Origin: Dehalococcoidia bacterium
Lineage (GTDB): Bacteria > Chloroflexota > Dehalococcoidia > Plut-88900
Direction: 5' to 3'
Assembly (NCBI GenBank): GCA_965197585.1
Contig: OZ240215.1
Location: 384,001-448,000 of the forward strand
DNA: 64,000 bases
In this document: one piece after another, positions 1 to 9,536 of the stretch
Layout: each line of letters opens with the position of its first letter
Numbering within the stretch: the stretch's first letter is position 1
The notes under the pieces: model-generated
Told to the model about the DNA's origin: nothing
The model's input: only the letters and a program-made list of their open reading frames with translations
The model's database searches: none
Position numbers and translations under genes: made by a program

Positions 1-107
1 GCAGCCGAGACCTCAACGAGGCCGATGTCGCTGCCATGATCTCCCGCCGCACGGTGAAGGTCCAGAACAGACCCGTCAACACGGAGCGAATGAAGCCCGC
101 CGCCTAA
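1..107 (+). CDS. 3' end of an unidentified CDS running in from the left edge
   Basis: Open frame ...SRDLNEADVAAMISRRTVKVQNRPVNTERMKPAA-TAA, followed by a terminator hairpin. Confidence 0.5.
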   Translation, partial: SRDLNEADVAAMISRRTVKVQNRPVNTERMKPAA

Positions 108-113
108 ACCTTT

Positions 114-152
114 GGCAGCTGGGCCGCAAGGCCCGGCTGCCGGAGTTTTCTT
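114..152. terminator. Intrinsic terminator, probably bidirectional
   Basis: GGCAGCTGGGCC-GCAA-GGCCCGGCTGCC hairpin with T-rich flanks, between converging genes. Confidence 0.7.
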
Positions 153-170
153 CGGGAGTACCAAAAATCC

Positions 171-320
171 CTAACCCGCAGACTGCACGATCCCTATGAC
201 GTTCCCATCGGGATCGGAGAATTGGGCCAGGGTGACCATCCCGGGAATCTCCATAATTGGCATCGTTGTCTTACCGCCTAGGCTCTTAGCTTTGTCCAGC
301 GTCGCCTGCAGGTCCTCCAC
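171..320 (-). pseudogene. C-terminal fragment of a VOC/glyoxalase-family protein
   Basis: VEDLQATLDKAKSLGGKTTMPIMEIPGMVTLAQFSDPDGNVIGI is a typical VOC C-terminus; the N-terminus is replaced by REP-like palindromes. Confidence 0.7.
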
Positions 321-641
321 CCCCCTCCATCCGTCTTTCCTGCGGAGGCAGGAATCCATCCCTCCTGAAGGCGCACCCCCCGCCGAGCCGGGACTCCCCG
401 CCCCATCCTCTCCCCCCATCCGTCATTCCGGCCGCCGAGAGCCGGAATACATCCCTGGGGAGGGGCCGCTCACCCTGAGCAAAGTCGAAGGGTCGAGCGG
501 GGGGAGGCCCAGTTCTGCCAATAAATCGCGCTTACCCTGCACCTCCACCCCAGCCCCCTGTCATCCCGAGGCTCCGCGAGGAATCTAGGACTTGCCCTCT
601 CACGCCCTTCCTAGCCTTCCTTCCCCTCCCCCCTTGATAAC

Positions 642-682
642 GACATATCAGCCATGTTGCCCTGCAACATGGCTGATATGTC
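642..682. repeat. Perfect 19-bp inverted repeat with a 3-nt loop
   Basis: GACATATCAGCCATGTTGC-CCT-GCAACATGGCTGATATGTC. Confidence 0.9.
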
Positions 683-765
683 AATAAAACAGGGCGGGTG
701 GGCGGGACTCAATGTATCCCTGAGGGTGGTAAGGGGTGCCCCCTCCCAAATGTGACACGAACCCC

Positions 766-795
766 TTGACCCGAGAGAAACATATGTACTATATT
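766..795 (+). promoter_or_regulatory. Sigma70-type promoter overlapping a LexA-like box (copy A)
   Basis: TTGACC-18 nt-TATATT, with AAAC-ATAT-GTAC at 778-789 resembling GAAC-N4-GTTC. Confidence 0.6.
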
Positions 796-827
796 CATCC
801 CCGACCGGCCAGTCACCATCCCAACCC

Positions 828-1005
828 CAAAGGAGGACCCAACACCCGGGGAACACCACCGGACCCCCGAGGACTCAACGTCCAAGCCCATCCCAAAGGG
901 CAGCCCACGCGCTGCCCCACGGCTCAAGCGAAAGCCGCCATCTCCTCATCCATAGGTTCCGGCTCACCCTTCCCCACCACCCAGGCGATGGAAAGACGCC
1001 CTGGC
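828..1005 (+). repeat. Copy A of a dispersed element homologous to 32329-32507
   Basis: Shared blocks AAGGAGGA, CCGAGGACTCAACG, AGCCCATCCCAA, CAAGCGAAAG.CGCCATCTCCTCATCC and AGGCGATGGAA(A)GACGCCCTGG. Confidence 0.85.
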
Positions 1006-1213
1006 CTTCACGCTCCCACCCCACTCCCTCCATTCCCCCTCCGTCATTCCCGAGAAGTCGGGAATCCAGGGGGCACAGGGAGATTGCATCAAGGGTGACC
1101 GGAGCATACACTCCGCGGACCGCCTAACCCCCATGGAGAACCGTCTCGAATGTCGGGCCGCATTGCTGGAACTTAGCGCTACGGCGCGGGGGTACCCGGA
1201 GGATATTCGCTCC

Positions 1214-1240
1214 TGTCCTTTTCCGGCGAACTTGGACACT
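1214..1240. mobile_element. Possible IS3-family terminal inverted repeat remnant
   Basis: TGTCCTTTTCCGGCGAACTTGGACACT resembles IS3-type ends; no partner end or intact transposase seen. Confidence 0.25.
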
Positions 1241-1612
1241 ATTAGTTAGGCTGTGGGGCTTCGCACAGCTGGATCCCTGGCCCCCACATGCCCCCCACGG
1301 GCATACAGCCCCCATAAGGAGCCTCTGCCGGACGTCTGGCCCGAGAATTGTCCGTGTATACCATCTAGCATCAGGGCATAATGGCTGCAAGTCCACGAAC
1401 AAGCAACTCTGCCAAACGGGCGTCTTCCATCGCCACCCCTCCCCACCAAAACCGAAACCCCCGAGACCCAACTGAATAACCCCTCCCCCCGACCCGGAAT
1501 CCATCCCCTCCCGTAGGGGCGACCGGCCGGTCGCCTGGGGTGGGGCGCTCCTCTCACCCCGGATTGACCTGCCACCGTAGGGGCGGTTCGAGAACCACCC
1601 TCCCCAGATCGG

Positions 1613-3190
1613 CTACGCGATCAACCCCTCGCGCCAGTCCTTGATAATCTCGTGCGCCGCATTATGCCCCGGCGCGCCAGACACGGAACCCCCCGGAAAC
1701 GCCCCCGACCCACACAGGTATAGGTTCTTCACCGGCGTCCGGTAGTCCGAGTAACCTGCAAACGGTCGAAGGGAAAACATCTGATCGGGGGTTATGTCGC
1801 CGTGGTGCATCGTGGCCTCGGTCAAATAGAACCGGTCCTCAATGTCCCTTGGCCCGAACACAACGTTATCAATCATGATGTCGTCCAGGTTTGTAATGTA
1901 CTCCCGCAGGTGGTTAAGGCACCGGTTTGAGAGTTCGCGCTTGGTGGACTTGTCGTCCCAGCTGCCCTCCGCCAGTTCGTAGGGCACGTGCTGGAAGTAG
2001 CAGGTCATGGCATGCTTCCCTGGTGGGGCCAGGGAGTCGTCCGTGATAGATTGGACGTGGAGGAACGTCCATATCTTGTCCGGCATTTCACCCCTGAGCG
2101 CCTGCACCCGAGACTCCTCAACGAATTCGATGGATGGCACCAGGCCGATGAATCCCTGGTCCCGTGTCCCTGGGTCCTCGCCGTTGAAACAGGCCCATTC
2201 CGGCCGGGCGTCCAATGCAATGAACACCTTGGCCAGGTTTCCCCTGAGCTTCAAGTTATTCACGTCCCGCTCGATACTGGGTTCCAGATGCCCGCCCGGA
2301 ACGAGTTTTAGGAAGGTCCGTTTGGGATCGGCGTTGGAGGCTACCGCACGCGCCCGGATTGTCTCGCCGGACGTTAAGACCACGCCTGTCGCACGTTCAT
2401 CCTCTACTAAGATCTCCTCGATTTCCGCACCCGTCCTGATCGTTGCACCCTTCGCCTCGGCAGATGCCGCCATGGCCTGGGTGATGGCCCCCATGCCGCC
2501 CCGGCTGAACCCCCAAACTCCCGCCACTCCTGTCGCTTCTGCCATGTTGGCCCACAGCGCCTTGAACATGTTGCCCTTACTGAAAAGTGATACATCGTTA
2601 CCCGAGGCCGCCAGCCCAGTGGCCATTACCCTGACCGCGTCCGACTCGTAGTGGTCCATCGCATAGTGCCCCGCCGACCCGAACATGATCGCCCGGTATG
2701 CTTCTTCCTCCTCTTGCGTCTTGAACTGGGCCGCAAACTCCGCAACGGATGGCGGTTTCCTTAGAAAATAAGGTCGGATGTATTCCTGGTATCGCTGCAT
2801 GAAACGCTGCTGCTCGAAAAAGGCGTCAGCGTCCGTTGAGGAAAACTTCCCAATCTCACTCCTGAACATGTCCGGGTCATTCCATGCGCACAGGTAGGAG
2901 TTGTCCGGGAACATGAATGTGTATGGAGGATCGACTCCGTAGGCATCATATCCGTAGTCCCGCAGCTTCAGGTCATCGACGACCTTGGACTGCACCATCC
3001 CGCAGAACATCGACGCCGTAGAAAACCGGAACCCGGGTATCAGTTCCTCCGTCACCGCCGCCCCCCCGACTACGTCCCGCCGTTCCAGTACCAGTACGTT
3101 GATGCCCGCGTCGGCAAGATAGGCGGCAGCCGTCAGCCCATTGTGCCCGCCCCCTACGATGATGATGTCGTATTCAGCCTTCTGCGTCAT
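1613..3190 (-). CDS. Phytoene-desaturase-like (PYROXD2-like) FAD-dependent oxidoreductase
   Basis: IVGGGHNGLTAAAYL dinucleotide motif, GGMGAIT, YRTPVKNLYLCGSGAFPGGSVSGAPG. Confidence 0.9.
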   Translation of the reverse strand: MTQKAEYDIIIVGGGHNGLTAAAYLADAGINVLVLERRDVVGGAAVTEELIPGFRFSTASMFCGMVQSKVVDDLKLRDYGYDAYGVDPPYTFMFPDNSYLCAWNDPDMFRSEIGKFSSTDADAFFEQQRFMQRYQEYIRPYFLRKPPSVAEFAAQFKTQEEEEAYRAIMFGSAGHYAMDHYESDAVRVMATGLAASGNDVSLFSKGNMFKALWANMAEATGVAGVWGFSRGGMGAITQAMAASAEAKGATIRTGAEIEEILVEDERATGVVLTSGETIRARAVASNADPKRTFLKLVPGGHLEPSIERDVNNLKLRGNLAKVFIALDARPEWACFNGEDPGTRDQGFIGLVPSIEFVEESRVQALRGEMPDKIWTFLHVQSITDDSLAPPGKHAMTCYFQHVPYELAEGSWDDKSTKRELSNRCLNHLREYITNLDDIMIDNVVFGPRDIEDRFYLTEATMHHGDITPDQMFSLRPFAGYSDYRTPVKNLYLCGSGAFPGGSVSGAPGHNAAHEIIKDWREGLIA

Positions 3191-3214
3191 TGCTTGCTCC
3201 CTATCTCTGTTCGG

Positions 3215-4828
3215 CTAGTACCTGCTGTACAGGCAGTTGCCGTCAACATACGTGCGTTCGACGGCGATATCGGTTATGAAATCGGGATTCGCTTGCGTCG
3301 GATCATGCCCCAGTACAACTAGGTCCGCCCGCTTCCCGACCTCTATCGACCCCACCTCCGTCTCTCTCCTCAAGGCCACGGCAGAGTTGATGGTGTACAT
3401 CCTCAGCGCCTCCATCGGAGTCACTGCTTCTTCGGGGGAGACGGCATCTCCTGTCCCGCGGGCCACCCTGTTCACCGCGGCCCGGATCCCGATGAGCGGG
3501 TCCAGTGGAGCACACGGGTTGTCCGACCCCGCCGCCACCGTCAGGCCAGCATCGATCATGCTCCGATACGGTTCTATCCCAAAAGTGCGCCCCAGCTCCC
3601 GAGCTCGCACCTGCTGCCGGTCAGCCCAGGTGTAAATGAAAGGCGGCTGCACAGAGGCTATCACGTCCAGCGAACGCGCCTTATCTATCTGCTCGCGGGT
3701 TGGCATCGTGAAGTGCTCAATGCGGAACCGAGGGTCCGATACAGGCCTCTCCCGCAATGCCCGCTCGAAGGAGTTGAGCGCCTGCTCGATCGCCCACGGC
3801 CCGAGACAGTGGATGATCACCTGCATCCCTAGCTTGTGCGCTGATAGCACAAGCTCGTCCGCCTCCTCCTGCGAGTAGTACTGTGTCCCGACCCGCTCGA
3901 TCTCCCCATTATCGTGGCACTTGAAATTGGCCGCGTCTGGGAACACCGGGTCCATGAACATCTTCAGCGTCCCACCCCGCAACCGATCGGACGTGTCCTC
4001 TATCCCTAGTTCGCCTCGTGAAGCTTCCTCCGGCGCCCTGAAGAACGTCAGCCCTCCAAGCTGCTGCCTGAGAGCGATTGGTATCTTTGCCTGATCATCC
4101 GCCATCTTGTACAGCCGTGCCGCGTCGGGCGTAACCAACGCCTCCCCGACTGACGTAATCCCCACCGACAGGTGTTTCATCGAGTTCCGGTAGACAAAGT
4201 CTGCGGCCCCGTCGCCGTAGTGGTCGACGTGGGCTTTCAGGCACAGCGAATGTACGGGGTCCATCGCCCTTTCCCAAAGCTCCCCGGACGGTTCTCCCTG
4301 GTCATCCTTGAGGATTTGACCTCCACGCGGGTCGGGAGTGCTTGAGTCTATCCCCCCTAGCTGCATGGCTAGTGAGTTCGCATAGCAGCTGTGGTGAGAA
4401 CCGTCCATGATGCAGACCGGGTTGTCCGGTGCTGCATCATCCAGGTCCCGACGCGTCAGGTTCCGCCCCTCCCGGACGTAGTCCCCGGCGAAGCCCCAAC
4501 CGAATATCCACTGTCCCGGCAGCGCTGCGCTCGCCGCCCGTGCTATCGCATCCTTTATACCGGCGATGCTTTCGTGAGGCGGCGTCCAGCAGTCCACAGC
4601 TACCGGGTCGAACACCGTGGCCGAGAAATGGTTGTGAGGATCGACGAAGCCCGGGATCAGTGTGCGCCCTGCAAGAGGCACGACCTCCGTCCCCTCCGAC
4701 ACCATGCCCGAGACCTCCGCCGTGGCCCCGACCGCCGCAATCTTCCCGTCCTTCACCGCAAGGGCCTCGGCCCGCGTCCCGCCGCGGTCCATGGTCATCA
4801 CGTTTCCGCCGAGGAATACAAGATCCAT
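3215..4828 (-). CDS. YtcJ-like metal-dependent amidohydrolase (Amidohydro_3)
   Basis: PGFVDPHNH, IHCLG, RIEH, AGSDNP, GSIEVGKRADLVVL. Confidence 0.9.
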   Translation of the reverse strand: MDLVFLGGNVMTMDRGGTRAEALAVKDGKIAAVGATAEVSGMVSEGTEVVPLAGRTLIPGFVDPHNHFSATVFDPVAVDCWTPPHESIAGIKDAIARAASAALPGQWIFGWGFAGDYVREGRNLTRRDLDDAAPDNPVCIMDGSHHSCYANSLAMQLGGIDSSTPDPRGGQILKDDQGEPSGELWERAMDPVHSLCLKAHVDHYGDGAADFVYRNSMKHLSVGITSVGEALVTPDAARLYKMADDQAKIPIALRQQLGGLTFFRAPEEASRGELGIEDTSDRLRGGTLKMFMDPVFPDAANFKCHDNGEIERVGTQYYSQEEADELVLSAHKLGMQVIIHCLGPWAIEQALNSFERALRERPVSDPRFRIEHFTMPTREQIDKARSLDVIASVQPPFIYTWADRQQVRARELGRTFGIEPYRSMIDAGLTVAAGSDNPCAPLDPLIGIRAAVNRVARGTGDAVSPEEAVTPMEALRMYTINSAVALRRETEVGSIEVGKRADLVVLGHDPTQANPDFITDIAVERTYVDGNCLYSRY

Positions 4829-4867
4829 CTGGAGACCTCCCGGTTTTCTAAAGGTTGGTAGAATGCG

Positions 4868-5284
4868 CTATCTGCCGCTCAACCCGTGGTATTCGATGAA
4901 CCTCGTGGGCTTCACCCGAATCGTCGCCGACTCCGCATTATCCGGGCGATCTCCCAAGTACTTGTTCGCCCCCTCTTCCCCCAGGTACGCCGTGGCAATT
5001 CCTTTTATGGTGGCCACTGAGTGTACCGTCTCCAGCCGAGCGATTCCCCGCACCATCACCGCGTAGTAGGGAGTCTCCCTCTGGTCGAACACCAGCATCA
5101 CGTTCTCGTTGTTCTGGATGTTCTTGTACTTCTGGGACCCCAGGCCCGTGGACATGACGAATTCGCCGTCCTCATACAGGCACCACATGGGTATCGAATG
5201 TGGCCTGCCCTTGGTGTCGACGGTCGATAGCACCCCCACCTGCACTTTCTTCAGAAACTCCTCAATGTGTTCCGATGGCTGCAT
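4868..5284 (-). CDS. PPOX-class, probably F420-dependent oxidoreductase
   Basis: GVLSTVDTKGRPHSIPMW, SQKYKNIQNNENV, VMVRGIA. Confidence 0.85.
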   Translation of the reverse strand: MQPSEHIEEFLKKVQVGVLSTVDTKGRPHSIPMWCLYEDGEFVMSTGLGSQKYKNIQNNENVMLVFDQRETPYYAVMVRGIARLETVHSVATIKGIATAYLGEEGANKYLGDRPDNAESATIRVKPTRFIEYHGLSGR

Positions 5285-5333
5285 GCTTGATTGCTCTCTT
5301 TCTCTTGGTTGTGTGGCCTATTGCGGCGAAAGG

Positions 5334-6467
5334 TCAGGACAACGAGAACCCGTAGAGCCTCGCCGCGTTGCCCGCCACAATCTTCCGCTTTTCCTCTTCA
5401 GATACATCCCTGAAAATCCGATCTATCACCTCTTGAGAGTGAGGGAATGTGCCCTCGTCGTGGGGATAGTCACTGCCCCACATCAGGCAATCTGTACCGG
5501 TGAGCTCACGCGTAAGCAGACCCGCCAGGTCGTCCCCGAAGGTGGCGAATCCCTGGCGCTTGAAGTATTCGCTGGGTGGCAGCTCAAGGTGAGGGACCGC
5601 CCACATGTGACGCTTGGCATGCAGTTCATCCAGGCATTGAAGCACCCACGCCAGCCACCCCACCCCCGACTCCACCAGCACAAATTTCATGCTCGGGTGT
5701 CGTCCCAGCGTGTTGGAAGCGATAAGCATGATAGTCGGCCCCATGGCTGCCGCCATGCCTGTTATGCTCCCAAGGTGGTCCTCCCCCACGCCCGTGGCCC
5801 GTTCGTATTCGCTAGCCGCAGCGGTGGCTGCCGGGTCGGGCCCCGTGGTGAATACGTGAAAAGCCAACGGGATGTCTAGCTCTTCGGCGACATCCCAAAA
5901 CGGCTCGTAGTCCGGGTGATTGTACGGCTTGGTGGGCATCGCGCACGGCAGCGATAGACTCTTGTAGCCCATCTTCGCCACCCGCTTCGCCTCGCCAATT
6001 GCATCCTGCACGTTGAGCATGGGAATCTCGGCCGTTACCGCGAAGACATCCTGTCGGGCGCCGAATATCTCGTGGTGCCAGTCGTTGTACAGCCCCGCCA
6101 GGGCTAGCTGGTACCCGGGGTCCGGGGATGCGAAAGTCTTGAAAACGGCCTGCGGGTAGATCACCTCGGCGCTGACACCATCTTTTTCCAGGTCTGCCAG
6201 GCGCAGAGGTATGTCTACTCCCCCTGCCCTATGTTGTTGACGTCCTAAGTCCTCCCCGTCCCGCCAGTACCTCTGCATGTCGTCTTCATTCAACGGGTTG
6301 GGGGCAATGACGGGCATCGGTGCCTGCCCCTCGAAGACCATGAATCTCTCACCGTCTATGGTCTCCTCGTGGGGCGCCCTCGCCCTATATTGGACAGGGA
6401 GCCTTTCATATATCTCTGCCGGTTCATTGCAATGTGAGTCCGCCGAGATGACCTTGTAATCCGACAT
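5334..6467 (-). CDS. Amidohydrolase family 2 protein
   Basis: ISADSH, FHV, VESGVGW, MWGSDYPHDEGTFP; GGAGG RBS before the ATG at 6467. Confidence 0.9.
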   Translation of the reverse strand: MSDYKVISADSHCNEPAEIYERLPVQYRARAPHEETIDGERFMVFEGQAPMPVIAPNPLNEDDMQRYWRDGEDLGRQQHRAGGVDIPLRLADLEKDGVSAEVIYPQAVFKTFASPDPGYQLALAGLYNDWHHEIFGARQDVFAVTAEIPMLNVQDAIGEAKRVAKMGYKSLSLPCAMPTKPYNHPDYEPFWDVAEELDIPLAFHVFTTGPDPAATAAASEYERATGVGEDHLGSITGMAAAMGPTIMLIASNTLGRHPSMKFVLVESGVGWLAWVLQCLDELHAKRHMWAVPHLELPPSEYFKRQGFATFGDDLAGLLTRELTGTDCLMWGSDYPHDEGTFPHSQEVIDRIFRDVSEEEKRKIVAGNAARLYGFSLS

Positions 6468-6495
6468 TTCACCTCCCAAATACCTGGCTCCCTAG

Positions 6496-7629
6496 TTACT
6501 GGAAAAACCCGTACAGCTTGGCCGCATTCTCTCCGACCATTTTACGCTTCTCATCCTCTGGTATTCCTTCGAACGTTCGCTCTATCACCTCCCGTGAGTG
6601 AGGGAATGTGCCCTCGTCGTGTGGGTAATCGCTGCCCCACATCAGGTTTTCCACACCAATGACGTATCGGGTCATCAGCCCTACCCGATCGTCCCCGAAG
6701 GTGGCGTATCCCTGCCGATGAAAGTACTCGCTGGGCTTCATGTTCAGCTTCGGCTCGGCCCACATGTGTCGCTTGATCTGCATCTCGTCAAGTGTCTGCA
6801 GCACCCACGCAAGCCACCCCACCCCTCCCTCCACCAGCACGAACTTCAGGCCCGGGTGCCGCTCCAAAGCCCCCGAGGCCACCAGCAAGGTAAGCGGGTT
6901 CATCGCGTGCGCCATGTCTACTATCTCGCTGGCTAGGTCCTGTCCCGGGCCGCCCCGGTGTGGCCCCGATGGAGGTTGGCCCGTCGGGCCCACTGTAAAA
7001 ACGTGAAACGCCACGGGTGTCTCGGTACTCTCTGCGATGTCCCAGAACGGGTCATATTCCGGGAAATTGTAAGGAAGCGTCGGCATGCTGATGGGCACGG
7101 AAAACGACCTCCCTCCGAGCCTCACCACCCGCTTCGCCTCCTCAATCGCCGACTGAATGTCGATCATCGGCAGCAGTGCTGACGTCACGAACCTGTCCGG
7201 ATGCTCCCCGAAGATATCGTGGTACCAGTCATTGTATAGGCTGGTAAGCGCTCGCTGGTAACCGGCGTCCGGGGAGGCAAAGGACTTGAAGATGCCCTGC
7301 GGGTAGATCACCTCTCCCGAAACTCCGTCATCTTCCAGGTCCGAGAGGCGGACCGGGATGTCGATCCCGCCCGCCAGGTCGCTCGGGTTGCTGGCGATAA
7401 GTTCCTGGTCCTTCTCTGCATCCCGGAAGAACCTGCGCATATCCTCTTCCGAGAGAGGATTCGGAGCGTCGAGGGGCATATCTCCGGCCCCCTCTATCCT
7501 CAGGAAGCGGTGCCCGTCCTTCACGACCTCCCGCGGTGCCCGAGGCCGGTACTCCTCCGGGAGGCGTTCATACAGCTCGACAGGCTCGTTTGCGTGAGAG
7601 TCCGCCGATATAACCATGTAGTCCGCCAT
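6496..7629 (-). CDS. Amidohydrolase family 2 protein (tandem paralog)
   Basis: ISADSH, VEGGVGW, MWGSDYPHDEGTFP; clearly similar to the neighbouring gene. Confidence 0.9.
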   Translation of the reverse strand: MADYMVISADSHANEPVELYERLPEEYRPRAPREVVKDGHRFLRIEGAGDMPLDAPNPLSEEDMRRFFRDAEKDQELIASNPSDLAGGIDIPVRLSDLEDDGVSGEVIYPQGIFKSFASPDAGYQRALTSLYNDWYHDIFGEHPDRFVTSALLPMIDIQSAIEEAKRVVRLGGRSFSVPISMPTLPYNFPEYDPFWDIAESTETPVAFHVFTVGPTGQPPSGPHRGGPGQDLASEIVDMAHAMNPLTLLVASGALERHPGLKFVLVEGGVGWLAWVLQTLDEMQIKRHMWAEPKLNMKPSEYFHRQGYATFGDDRVGLMTRYVIGVENLMWGSDYPHDEGTFPHSREVIERTFEGIPEDEKRKMVGENAAKLYGFFQ

Positions 7630-7735
7630 GTCGCCCACTCCTTCCTCCATACGTCCATCGACCCCACCCTAGCCTACGCCGATTGTACCAGCCCGCAAAC
7701 CCAACGTGCTAAAATCGCTGCGTGGAGCAACTTCC

Positions 7736-9151
7736 GTGACTACAACTGAGAACAAATTCCGGGATCTCCCGAGCGTCGACAAACTGCTCGCGACCGATGA
7801 AACAAGGGCACTGGTGGAGACCTACTCCCACGGCGCCCTGGTCACCCTTGCCCGAGACTCGTTGCAGGCGGCGCGACAGTGCATATCGGACGGAGGTGCT
7901 GCGCCCTCCCTGGAAGCCCTCGTCGAGGAGATTGCCCAGAAAGCCAAGACCCTGTGGAAACCCTCCCCCCGACGCGTGATCAACGCCACCGGCGTCGTTA
8001 TCCACACCAACCTCGGCCGCGCCCCGCTCAGTGAAGAGGCAGCGAAGGCGGCGATGGAAGCAGGCGCCGGTTACTCCGACCTGGAGGTCGACCTGGAAAA
8101 GGGCGAGCGCGGAGGCCGGGACGCGACCCTCAAGTCCCTCGTTAGCCGTCTCACTGGCGCCGAGTCCGCCTTGGCGGTCAACAACAACGCCGCTGCCCTA
8201 CATCTCATCCTGAGCGTTCTCGCCTTGGGTCGGGATGTCATAGTGAGCCGGGGAGAGGCCGTGGAGATCGGCGGCGGCGTCCGGGTTCCCGAGATATTGA
8301 GTGCCAGCGGTGCTCGGCTGGTTGAGGTCGGTACCACCAACCGCACCTACCTGTCCGACTACCGCAACGCCATTACCGAAAACACTGCCCTGTTCCTGAA
8401 AGTTCACTCCAGCAACTTCAAGGTCATCGGCTTCACGGAGGCCCCTGATACGGGAGCGCTCGCTGCTTTGGGCCGAGAGGCGGGCATACCAGTGGTTCAC
8501 GACGTCGGTAGCGGTTGCCTGGTCGACACCCGAGACTTCGGGCTGTCAGATGAGCCGAGACCCCAGGATAGCATTGCTGCCGGGGTGGACTTGGTGGCCT
8601 TTTCGGGAGACAAGCTGCTCGGAGGGCCGCAGGCGGGTATTATCGTAGGATGTCAGGTTCTGGTCTCCAAACTGGCCCGTCACCCCTTGGCCCGGGCCGC
8701 TAGGATCGACAAGATGACGATGGCAGCCCTCACCGCCACTCTCCTCCACTACCTTAAGGAGGAGCATTTCGACAAGGTACCCGTCTGGCGCATGATTTCG
8801 ATGCCTCTGGAGACCATCAAGCCGAGGGCCCTCGCGTGGCGCGACGCTATTAGAAATGGCGTCGACGTTGTCGAGACTACGTCGGCCATAGGCGGAGGCA
8901 GTCTCCCCGGCGACACCCTTCCAACCTGGGCTTTGCAGGTGCGCCCCCCGAACGGTGTCACGGTCGACTCCCTCGCTAAATTCCTCCGCACCGGCCCCAC
9001 TCCCGTCTTAGGCCGCATCGACGATGACGCCCTGCTACTGGACCCACGCACCGTTCTCCGGGAGCAGGAAGCTGCCCTGAAGGACGCAGTAATCAGGGCC
9101 CTGGACGCGGGCCCCGGGTCGACGTCCAACTCTAGTCGTGAGACAGACTGA
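7736..9151 (+). CDS. selA: L-seryl-tRNA(Sec) selenium transferase
   Basis: VINATGVVIHTNLGRAPL, VNNNAAA, VEVGTTNRT, PLP lysine motif FSGDKLLGGPQAG; GTG start with GGAG. Confidence 0.97.
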   Translation: MTTTENKFRDLPSVDKLLATDETRALVETYSHGALVTLARDSLQAARQCISDGGAAPSLEALVEEIAQKAKTLWKPSPRRVINATGVVIHTNLGRAPLSEEAAKAAMEAGAGYSDLEVDLEKGERGGRDATLKSLVSRLTGAESALAVNNNAAALHLILSVLALGRDVIVSRGEAVEIGGGVRVPEILSASGARLVEVGTTNRTYLSDYRNAITENTALFLKVHSSNFKVIGFTEAPDTGALAALGREAGIPVVHDVGSGCLVDTRDFGLSDEPRPQDSIAAGVDLVAFSGDKLLGGPQAGIIVGCQVLVSKLARHPLARAARIDKMTMAALTATLLHYLKEEHFDKVPVWRMISMPLETIKPRALAWRDAIRNGVDVVETTSAIGGGSLPGDTLPTWALQVRPPNGVTVDSLAKFLRTGPTPVLGRIDDDALLLDPRTVLREQEAALKDAVIRALDAGPGSTSNSSRETD

Positions 9152-9515
9152 GACCTACCGCTGCCTCGCCTGCCGCGCTTCCCGCGTGGAAGGTGTGGGG
9201 TGGGGAGAAAGACACGCCGAGTGCGGTGTGTGTGGTGGCTCGGCGTTCCTGGTCGGGACACTGGACCCGCCACCCTTGGAAGTGCACCTTCGGCACATGA
9301 GGGTGGAGGAGGCTCTGATCAAGCTGGACAAATACCTTGATACGGCTTTCTTGTCGGGCTTGCACCAGGTACGGATAGTGCATGGGAAGGGGCAGGGCAA
9401 GGTACGCAGTGCGGTAATCGAGTGGGTCGCCGGACATCATCTGGTAAGCTCCTTCCGGGGCGCGGCTCTTGAGGAGGGCGGTTGGGGCGTCACGGTGGTC
9501 ACGATGGCTCGATGA
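9138..9515 (+). CDS. Stand-alone Smr-domain protein with an N-terminal CxxC..CxxC zinc ribbon
   Basis: CLAC..CGVC then HLRHMRVEEAL..YLD, IVHGKGQG, GGWGVTVV (MutS2-type Smr). Confidence 0.85.
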   Translation: MRQTETYRCLACRASRVEGVGWGERHAECGVCGGSAFLVGTLDPPPLEVHLRHMRVEEALIKLDKYLDTAFLSGLHQVRIVHGKGQGKVRSAVIEWVAGHHLVSSFRGAALEEGGWGVTVVTMAR

Positions 9516-9536
9516 GGGGTCAGGGGTAAGGGATAT

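Larger units (their letters stand above)
332..1601. repeat. Cluster of REP-like short palindromes of several families
   Basis: GTC(A/T)TTCC..GGAAT type at 332, 421, 559 and 1042; TCACCCTGAGC..GTCGAAGGG at 468; GTAGGGGCG type at 1512 and 1576. Confidence 0.7.

Noticed and set aside
1613-3190. Carotenoid biosynthesis (crtI/crtO)
   Set aside because: No phytoene synthase, cyclase or GGPP synthase nearby; the context is catabolic
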